DNA from: Verrucomicrobiales bacterium
GTDB taxonomy: Bacteria; Verrucomicrobiota; Verrucomicrobiia; Verrucomicrobiales; DEV007
DNA: 64,000 nt
Reading direction: 5' to 3'
Assembly: GCA_029210205.1 (NCBI GenBank)
Contig: JARGOD010000004.1
Location: forward strand, 13,842-77,841
Both the position numbers and the translations under genes were made by a program. The stretch's first letter is position 1. Each line of letters starts with the position of its first letter. This document shows positions 57,219-64,000 of the stretch, in pieces. The notes beneath the pieces are model-generated. The model was not told where the DNA came from and did no database searches. It saw nothing but the letters and a program-made list of their open reading frames with translations.

Positions 57219-57247
57219 CTCATAAGCGCATTCAGGCTCCGGGTCAA
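57219..57247 (-). promoter_or_regulatory. Candidate sigma70 promoter of the small basic protein gene
   Basis: Minus strand TTGACC-17 bp-TATGAG, followed by TCCCGC and a ~70-nt leader. Confidence 0.45.
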
Positions 57248-57362
57248 CGGGATTTCTAGCGTCTTTCCCCTTAAAATCAGCGGTATATTGGTGCCCGATA
57301 TTAGAAAAATCAGTGATAGAAAGCGACTGGTTCTCCCTGCTACTGTTTGCTAGCGTGAAAGC

Positions 57363-58817
57363 ATGAAAGCCGAACACGCCTATCGCCTCAGCAGGTTCCA
57401 ACGAATTTGCCTGCTCGTAGCAATCCTTCTCCTAACCGGTTTTTCGCAAAGCGCCCACGCCGAAAGAGCAATCCACGTCTTTGGGGTCTTCTGTAACGCC
57501 TACGAAGGTCAGAGCGGTGCGATCAACGAAGGAGTCACTGCAGACAGTATCATCCTCAACACCATTTTTTCGGACTACTTTTCAGAGCAATCATGGGGGG
57601 TGAAATTGAATCGCAGAACTCTGGAGGGGAAGGCGGCGACGAAAGAGGCACTCCTCGCCGAGTTTGAACTCTTCTCCCGCAACATTGGTCCGGAGGATAC
57701 GGTTTACATCCATTTCTCCGGTCATGGGGTGATTCGCGATCCGTTGAGCGGAGAACAGTTTTTGAATTTTGTCGATGAGTCTGAGCTCAGCCGAAATGAG
57801 TGGGCTAAAAGCATTGCCGCACTTCCGTGTCGGCTGAAAATTCTTATCACCGACTGCTGCTCGAGCTACCCGCCGGAGTTCGTCATCGCGGAAGGTGACG
57901 AGCGGGTCGAACCATGGAAAAATCTTTATGCGCTCTTGCTTGAGCACGAAGGCTTCGTCGATATCACCGCGGCCTCACCCGGGCAGGTTGCGCTTGGTAG
58001 TTCGAACGGTGGTTTTCTGACGATCAATCTGGAGTCTGACATGCAACGCTACTCCAGCTGGGAGCGAGTTTTCGAGGAAACACAGAAGCGGGTCGAGATC
58101 GAAACTGAGGGCCAGATTCGGATGGCAGGACTGATGGATGAGTTCGATCCGCAAAAGCCTTACGCATACAGCCTCGGCCGACGTATCGAAAATCCTGAAG
58201 CTATTGGGCTAAAGCGGCCGGAGTCCTTCGAATATGTGATCCCGGATTCTCACACGCGTGAGTTGAGCGAAGACGAACTCTGGCAGATGGGGCTGCAACA
58301 ACTCTATCTTGCCCGCAACGAGATTTTCGCGCGCTACGGCTACGATTTCAATGGAGCCTTTTTGCAGGAATACTTTGGCAGCCTGTCATGGTATGAGAAA
58401 ATTCCGGGATTCAAGTCTCCCTCCGTAAGCGATCTGGAAACAGCAAACGCAGCGCTGATCTTAAAGATCGAGAAAGAACAAGGCGGACCATTCATCAGCA
58501 GCAAAAAAGTCATGCCCGGCGAGCAGAACGGTGCTGAGACATTTCCTGACATTTTTGCTTATTCTTCGCAGCGGGCACTTTCCCGGTCTGTGCTCCAGGC
58601 GATGACTCCACAGGAGCTTTCGATCGCACGGAATGAAATCTATGCGCGCCATGGCTACCCCTTTGTTTCTCGAGCGTTGCAGAATTACTTCGCAACAAAG
58701 CCCTACTATTTCCGCGATTCGTCGGCAAAAGATCCGACGTTTACCGACATCGAAAATCACAATCTCTGGCTCATCCGCAAAGTAGAGCGCATCAACGGGG
58801 GCGCTTACTCGTGGTAA
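57363..58817 (+). CDS. Secreted caspase-like (peptidase C14) protein with two YARHG domains
   Basis: Signal peptide (AHA/ER), YIHFSGHG and ITDCCSS His/Cys dyad, ITAASPGQ, then ARNEIFARYG and ARNEIYARHG. Confidence 0.85.
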   Translation: MKAEHAYRLSRFQRICLLVAILLLTGFSQSAHAERAIHVFGVFCNAYEGQSGAINEGVTADSIILNTIFSDYFSEQSWGVKLNRRTLEGKAATKEALLAEFELFSRNIGPEDTVYIHFSGHGVIRDPLSGEQFLNFVDESELSRNEWAKSIAALPCRLKILITDCCSSYPPEFVIAEGDERVEPWKNLYALLLEHEGFVDITAASPGQVALGSSNGGFLTINLESDMQRYSSWERVFEETQKRVEIETEGQIRMAGLMDEFDPQKPYAYSLGRRIENPEAIGLKRPESFEYVIPDSHTRELSEDELWQMGLQQLYLARNEIFARYGYDFNGAFLQEYFGSLSWYEKIPGFKSPSVSDLETANAALILKIEKEQGGPFISSKKVMPGEQNGAETFPDIFAYSSQRALSRSVLQAMTPQELSIARNEIYARHGYPFVSRALQNYFATKPYYFRDSSAKDPTFTDIENHNLWLIRKVERINGGAYSW

Positions 58818-58836
58818 GTCAGGCTGATTCAAACTG

Positions 58837-59799
58837 CTAAGGATTTATCAGCACAACGTTTTCCCCGGAATACAATTCTAAGAGGGCTTCAATCGTCGGA
58901 ACGATTTCCTCCTCAGTTCCCACCACTATCCAGTATCGATATTGCAGCACGGACTTAGGCTCAAGTTTCACCGTCACCAACGGCGCCAGATGAACGCAGG
59001 GCGCGGCGGTCGATTCATCGCTATTCCCTTCACGATGAGGTCCGAAGTTCCATTGCTCAGTTGCACTTGGACTGAAGACCGCGATCCCCTGCCCCCGCTC
59101 ATTGAAGCACGCCATGATGTTTAGCGGCACTTCCGTCCTGCCCCATGGTGGCCCCGGAGATTGGGGCACGTTATCCCATTCTCCTTTGCCACGGTAGATT
59201 CGGAACTCCGAGAAATTTCGAGTGAAATAAAGCGCCGGAATTTCCTGATGGCGAGGGCGCCCTCCTCCCCATTGATCCTCCACGTCACGTTGACTTTCGA
59301 GTTCACACTCAACTAGCACCGCATTCTTTAGCCCCCGTTCAAAACCTGTTCTCTGCCTCATGACCGCAGCCGCCTCTTCATCGGGCATGTCCCAGAGCTT
59401 GGGGATCGTTTCGGCATACAAGCTTCCTGATTCCTGCTTTTCGAACGTGGTCACACGCGCCCATGATCCTACGCCTCCACCCTGAATTGGATTCCAAGTC
59501 CAAGGCGACCAAACTTGGTTTTGTCCCTGGTTTTGTCGGTCAATTTTCTCTCCTGCGTAGTAGGACTGTTGAATCAATCGTCCGGGGTCATGAATGTTCA
59601 CCGTGTTCCTCTCATATCCGCTCCAGGAAAGATGAGTAATCGAAGCGCCCATGGCCCGGTCAATGCCGACTTTCACCGTACCATTATCAGCGATCAAAAG
59701 ATCCCGGGAATCCAGTGCTTTCACATTTGCCAACTCTTCGGCGAATCCGCCCACACAGACGACACTCAGGGCGACAACCAAAGAAAAACCAGCTCGCAT
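58837..59799 (-). CDS. Secreted hypothetical protein, beta-rich (possible galactose-mutarotase-like supersandwich)
   Basis: Signal peptide, Trp-rich sequence and DPGRLIQQSYY. TGATG coupling to the upstream sulfatase. Confidence 0.7.
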   Translation of the reverse strand: MRAGFSLVVALSVVCVGGFAEELANVKALDSRDLLIADNGTVKVGIDRAMGASITHLSWSGYERNTVNIHDPGRLIQQSYYAGEKIDRQNQGQNQVWSPWTWNPIQGGGVGSWARVTTFEKQESGSLYAETIPKLWDMPDEEAAAVMRQRTGFERGLKNAVLVECELESQRDVEDQWGGGRPRHQEIPALYFTRNFSEFRIYRGKGEWDNVPQSPGPPWGRTEVPLNIMACFNERGQGIAVFSPSATEQWNFGPHREGNSDESTAAPCVHLAPLVTVKLEPKSVLQYRYWIVVGTEEEIVPTIEALLELYSGENVVLINP

Positions 59800-61352
59800 C
59801 ACTTTGAGGGTCGACCATCTTTCAGCAACTTTGGAGGAGCCTTTCCGGATACCTCTTTTGTTCGCTTCTTTGGCAATCGCTCGATCTCAAGAGCGGTCTC
59901 ATACCATAGCGCTGACAGCTCTTCCAAAATGCTTGGATGTTGTTCCGCGAGGTTGTTGAGCTCGGTCCCATCCTTCTCGATGTCGTAGAGTTCCCACTGG
60001 CTTGCCCGATGCGTCACCAATTTCCAGGGACCCTTCCGAATCGCCCGATTGTCGCCAAAGGTGAAATAGAGAAAATCATGAGGCTCTCTGGTCTCCCCGT
60101 CTAAAACCGGGACCAACGATTTCCCCTGTAACGGATCAACTTCAATCTCAGTGCCATCCGCCAGCATCAGCGTCTGCGGATAACTCGCCCCTCCCAGTTC
60201 CAGACAAGTGGCCATGAAGTCGATCAGGTGTCCCGGTTGGTCGGTGATCGACCCGGGATCCGCTTTCATTCCAGCAGGCCAATGAGCGATCATCGGCGAA
60301 GTAATCCCTCCTTCGTGCTGGTTTTGTTTATGGAGGCGGAACGGTGTGTTCCCGACATGCGACCATCCGGTGTCATAGCACCAGTAGGAACTGGCATCCC
60401 AAGGCTCAAACTCTGCACCGGTGGTGCGATCAAACGGACAAGCACCATTGTCAGAGCAAATCATGATCAGAGTATTTTTATAGACACCTTTCGATTTCAG
60501 AAACTCGATGAGGCGACCCGTGGTTTGGTCAACTCGATCCACCATCCCGGCAAATGCGGCCATCCTTCGTTCATCCCACTCACGTTCCTTTTCGCTTAGT
60601 TCAGACCATGCAGGAACCAAATCCGGCCTTGGGCTAAGCGCCCAGTCTTCCGGGATCAGCTCCATCTCAATCTGCTTTTGATAGCGGCGCTCCCGAATCA
60701 CGTCCCAACCTTCCGAATAACGGTCCTCATATTTGCGGTAGTCTTCCTCCAGGACATGCAAGGGGTAGTGGGGGGCATTGTGAGCCACGTAGAGGAAAAA
60801 AGGTTTTTCCGGGGATTCCTCAAGCGCCTCCCCCAGAAACTGTTCGGCATAATCGATAAAGACCTCTGTCGTGTAGAATTCTTCATCGAAGTCGTTCCAC
60901 GACTCTCCATTGAGACGGAACGTATCATCGCCGGTGAAGAAATTGGTCGCCCCGGATAAGTGTCCAAAGTATTTCTCAAACCCACGATCGGTAGGTTCGC
61001 GCTGAAGGTGCCACTTTCCAACCATCATGGTGGAGTAGCCAGACTCCTTGAGCACTTCAGGTATCGTGACGGCCCGCTTCAAACTCTCGCTCCCCGCCTG
61101 ATCACAGTAGAGTCCTGAGAGCAGCGAAACGCGTGAGGAATGACATTTTGCCGTGTTGTAGAACCGGCTGAAACGCAATCCGTTCTCAGCCAGCGCATCA
61201 ATGTTTGGTGTCTCAATCTCGCTGCCATAGCAACCGAAGTCTGAAAAGCCGAGGTCATCGACCATCATGATGATGATGTTCGGCCTCTTATCCGCGAAAG
61301 ACAGACTAAACGTGGCGAAAAGAATGGCAAAGCCAATGGCGAAACTCCTCAT
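59799..61352 (-). CDS. Arylsulfatase
   Basis: Signal peptide, PNIIIMMVDDLGFSD, AKCHSSR, GKWHL, APHYPL, SDNG and HEGG. Confidence 0.93.
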   Translation of the reverse strand: MRSFAIGFAILFATFSLSFADKRPNIIIMMVDDLGFSDFGCYGSEIETPNIDALAENGLRFSRFYNTAKCHSSRVSLLSGLYCDQAGSESLKRAVTIPEVLKESGYSTMMVGKWHLQREPTDRGFEKYFGHLSGATNFFTGDDTFRLNGESWNDFDEEFYTTEVFIDYAEQFLGEALEESPEKPFFLYVAHNAPHYPLHVLEEDYRKYEDRYSEGWDVIRERRYQKQIEMELIPEDWALSPRPDLVPAWSELSEKEREWDERRMAAFAGMVDRVDQTTGRLIEFLKSKGVYKNTLIMICSDNGACPFDRTTGAEFEPWDASSYWCYDTGWSHVGNTPFRLHKQNQHEGGITSPMIAHWPAGMKADPGSITDQPGHLIDFMATCLELGGASYPQTLMLADGTEIEVDPLQGKSLVPVLDGETREPHDFLYFTFGDNRAIRKGPWKLVTHRASQWELYDIEKDGTELNNLAEQHPSILEELSALWYETALEIERLPKKRTKEVSGKAPPKLLKDGRPSK

Positions 61353-61412
61353 GGCTCGAAGGTGTCTGAATCCAGACGCAAATCCAGCGCGCAAAACAGC
61401 GCAATGAGGGAC

Positions 61413-62111
61413 TCAATCCCCGCCGCAGCCGCCGCCACCGCAGCCACTTCCTCCAATGCTGCACCCACCGCAACCAGAGCCACCTCCGCGTCCACCGCCG
61501 CCTCGAAAGTTAGAAGATATAGCGATGACGATAATCAGAAGAACGACCCATCCGATGATTAACCCTATGTAGACCTCATTTTCTTTGCAGCTAATCGTCA
61601 GCATCGCCACCGCAAAACCAAGAGCCGCTAGTCTAATCATCTTCCGTGGAAGCATCAGCATCTCCGCCCGGTCTATCCGTTGCCACCGCGCGCGACGGAA
61701 TCGCTGGCGAGAGCCAGGCCAAATACCTGCTGGCGGTTCATGCCCAAAGTGTTCAGTATAGGACTGTTTTGTCTTTTCATACCAGTCGGTGAACTTCTCG
61801 CTCTCGGAACGCCCTCCCTGCGTTGGACCATGATGAACTTGCTGCCCAAGCGTGTCGCGGCAGAGGTTGTCCCAGTAGGAGCGGGTGTAGCAAAGATGGA
61901 GATGCCAAGCCTGATCGACTTGATCCGATGGGGTCACCGGATGTCCGGCTTCTACACACAGGTAGAGAAAACGCCGATACTCCTCCAGCACCTCCTGCGT
62001 CAACTTAGGACTCCATCCATTCTCTCTGCTGAGACGATCTGAAAAAGAAAAGTCAGCTTCGGGATCGTCGAAGGAAAAAGACTTCAAGCGCTGCCAGAGT
62101 CGGGAATTCAT
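61413..62111 (-). CDS. Glycine-rich-domain protein (GRDP/DUF1399-like, TIGR04222-associated type) with TM hairpin and Gly/Cys tail
   Basis: RLSRENGWS, EYRRFLYL, PSDQVDQAWHLH, HHGP and YTEHFG, then two hydrophobic segments and the tail GSGCGGCSIGGSGCGGGGCGGD. Confidence 0.8.
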   Translation of the reverse strand: MNSRLWQRLKSFSFDDPEADFSFSDRLSRENGWSPKLTQEVLEEYRRFLYLCVEAGHPVTPSDQVDQAWHLHLCYTRSYWDNLCRDTLGQQVHHGPTQGGRSESEKFTDWYEKTKQSYTEHFGHEPPAGIWPGSRQRFRRARWQRIDRAEMLMLPRKMIRLAALGFAVAMLTISCKENEVYIGLIIGWVVLLIIVIAISSNFRGGGGRGGGSGCGGCSIGGSGCGGGGCGGD

Positions 62112-62449
62112 GATTTCACTTCCCCGTTTTCAGTTCGCAGGGCTGCTTCACAGGACCAACAACTATCAAAGTTGCCCGGACTGACCTCCCCACAGGATTG
62201 GCACTTCAACTCGAACTCGGCGAGTGCATCATTCTTAGCCCTATGTTCTCGGATGAGCTTCCACGCCCTCTCGAAATCATCATCGTTCACGACGCAAAGT
62301 GCGGGGAAAGTGTCCGGGATTGGAATCTCAGTAACACCCATGAGAGCCACAGTCTCGTTCTTCACATGTGTCCGAATGTCGTGCGACTCAAGGAGAGACT
62401 TATAATGCCCAATCATCGTAAAATCCGGTTCCCGAAAGAGCTCTTTCAT
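62108..62449 (-). CDS. DUF2007-like (PII-like fold) protein with C-terminal zinc ribbon
   Basis: KSLLESHDI..VKNE, P.LCV..DDD..RA and CQSC...CWSC. ATGA overlap with the downstream gene. Confidence 0.75.
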   Translation of the reverse strand: MKELFREPDFTMIGHYKSLLESHDIRTHVKNETVALMGVTEIPIPDTFPALCVVNDDDFERAWKLIREHRAKNDALAEFELKCQSCGEVSPGNFDSCWSCEAALRTENGEVKS

Positions 62450-62576
62450 ATGGGTCGTAGATTATCTGAGTATTCCAGACACAGGAAGCCTATTTCTTTC
62501 TGCACTTACTGATGCGCCGACACATACTCCGAGGTAGACCAGACGGAATACTTAACCTATCTTAACTGCCCTGATC

Positions 62577-64000
62577 ATGAGCCGGAAGAAATCTTCATCC
62601 TCCCCCTCCCCCCCTCCGGGCCCATTTGCTTCTCTTTTTCAAGACGGCAATGAATCCAGTAGTGGCAAGCCAGAACGTCGAGGCGGTTGCTTTCGTGGAC
62701 TTCTCATCCTGACATTGGTTGGCTTGGGGCTGGTCCTCTTAACCTACCTGGGAGGCTCCATTTTTTACGGAGCCAAAGCACTGACTTATGACATGGATCG
62801 GTTGGAAGACGTCCAGGAAAGAACACTGGTCTACGATCGCGACGGTGGCCTGCTTGGTCATGTCTCAGGGCACGGTGCAAACCGGCTCGTCGTCCCAGCT
62901 TCAGAAGTTTCAGAGAGCTTCATTCAGGCTCTCCTTGCTCGCGAAGACAGCCGATTTTACGAACACGGAGGAGTTGATTATCGGGGTGTCGTTCGGGCCA
63001 TGATCACGAACATCAAATCAAGGGGGATGGAACAGGGCGCTTCAACGCTGACGATGCAACTGGCCCGAAACGCATTTGATATGCGCGAGAAGACACTGAA
63101 CCGCAAATTCCTCGAGGTTGCGATTGCGAAACGGATTGAACGCAACTTTGACAAAGACGAAATACTTGGATTTTACATGAACCGAATCTACTTCGGTTCC
63201 GGCCTCTACGGCATCGAACGAGCCTCGCAGGGCTTCTTTATGAAGCCCGCATCCCAGCTCACCACTGGAGAAGGCGCCATGCTTGCGGGAATCATTCGCG
63301 GTCCCAGCCTGCTCAATCCTTTTCGCAGCCTTGAAAATGCAAAGGATACACGGGACGAAGTTCTCGCAAGAATGGTCGCCGATGCAACCCTGACTAAGAA
63401 ACAAGCTGAAGCAGCAAGAGCAGAAAGCATCTCATTAAGACCACCCGACAAGCGTCTTGCCACTGGGAGCTACATTCTGCAAACCGTCTTCACTCTCCTT
63501 GAAACATCAACAGATCTTGGCACTGAGGAAGAGATAGAATTTGGCGGACTAAGAGTTTACACGACGCTGGACTCTAACCTTCAGTCGACAGCTGAAGCAG
63601 CGCTCGACACCCACCTGACTTCTATCGAAAATCGGGCGGGCTATCGCCACCCAAAAAGATCCGGCCACAAAAAAGGGGAATCAACAACGTATCTTCAGGG
63701 CGCAGTCATCACGCTCGACAATCACTCAGGCGCCATTCGTGCACTGGTCGGAGGAAGAGATTTCGGCGAAAGCTCTTTCAATCGCGCCTACCGCGCACAT
63801 CGTCAGGCAGGTTCCACTTTCAAACCCTTCATCTATGCAGAGGCGATGCGTCCCACGAGGACACGCCCCGGCATGCTTCCCGGAGTCTATGTCAGCGATG
63901 ACCCGGTTCGCATTAAGCATAATGGCGGCCCTGTCTGGGCTCCGAAGAACAGCGACGGCACCTTTACGGGACTCCAGCCCGCTGCGATTGGCCTGATTCG
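62577..64000 (+). CDS. Class A penicillin-binding protein (PBP1A-like transglycosylase/transpeptidase), truncated by the window edge and absent from the ORF track
   Basis: Translated by hand from ATG 62577: MSRKKSS..., one TM segment, AREDSRFYEHGGVD, QGASTLTMQLARN, RKFLE, YMNRIYFG and the transpeptidase SxxK motif RQAGSTFKPFIY. Confidence 0.93.
   Translation, partial: MSRKKSSSSPSPPPGPFASLFQDGNESSSGKPERRGGCFRGLLILTLVGLGLVLLTYLGGSIFYGAKALTYDMDRLEDVQERTLVYDRDGGLLGHVSGHGANRLVVPASEVSESFIQALLAREDSRFYEHGGVDYRGVVRAMITNIKSRGMEQGASTLTMQLARNAFDMREKTLNRKFLEVAIAKRIERNFDKDEILGFYMNRIYFGSGLYGIERASQGFFMKPASQLTTGEGAMLAGIIRGPSLLNPFRSLENAKDTRDEVLARMVADATLTKKQAEAARAESISLRPPDKRLATGSYILQTVFTLLETSTDLGTEEEIEFGGLRVYTTLDSNLQSTAEAALDTHLTSIENRAGYRHPKRSGHKKGESTTYLQGAVITLDNHSGAIRALVGGRDFGESSFNRAYRAHRQAGSTFKPFIYAEAMRPTRTRPGMLPGVYVSDDPVRIKHNGGPVWAPKNSDGTFTGLQPAAIGLI

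Noticed and set aside
57165-57250. GC-rich structured stretch as a tRNA, SRP RNA or known riboswitch
   Set aside because: No cloverleaf or T-loop, no SRP loop motif and no riboswitch consensus that I can recognise. It is kept only as a candidate leader.
61413-61505. GCC/CCA-rich low-complexity tract as a DNA repeat element
   Set aside because: Explained by the glycine codons of the C-terminal tail on the minus strand.
62788-63996. Short ORFs listed by the track at the right end
   Set aside because: They are off-frame or antisense to the continuous PBP1A-like frame starting at 62577, which the track omitted because it has no stop inside the window.
1235-64000. A single peptidoglycan-recycling system made of MpaA, the SH3b-like symporter, the 3D protein, AvtA, the YARHG protease and the PBP
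   Set aside because: The genes are scattered over 60 kb among unrelated housekeeping genes with no shared operon, so the theme is probably coincidental.

Overview
Gene-dense (~57 CDS), moderately GC-rich bacterial chromosomal segment, most likely from a Verrucomicrobiota (PVC superphylum) heterotroph. That placement is inferred from three sulfatases, a DUF1501 + DUF1549/DUF1553 planctomycete-cytochrome pair, a TopB-type topoisomerase next to dprA, a three-subunit SdhCAB and pyrimidine-rich 5' leaders without Shine-Dalgarno sites. Most of it is housekeeping and metabolism: uvrD-like helicase, rnhB-yraN, DAHP synthase, sdhCAB, glpK, panD, lpxB, dprA-topB, coaD, avtA, thiD, bioF, mscS, tmk-holB, hisI, and a class A PBP running off the right end that the ORF track misses. 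I found no rRNA, tRNA, CRISPR array, transposase, integrase, prophage or recognisable defence system. The most interesting leads are: (1) an alanine/glycine:Na+ symporter with an SH3b-like domain inserted in a loop; (2) a divergent NhaR-like LysR / SbtA-like bicarbonate transporter module without SbtB, with a visible LysR box; (3) a secreted cytochrome c / copper monooxygenase / EF-hand protein coupled to a redoxin; (4) a secreted caspase-like protease with two YARHG domains; (5) a sulfotransferase-lpxB-M28 peptidase operon; (6) an apparently catalytically dead S41 protease in a thiD-bioF operon; (7) a very basic 68-aa protein with its own promoter, structured leader and strong terminator. All family assignments come from motif recognition by eye, not database searches.
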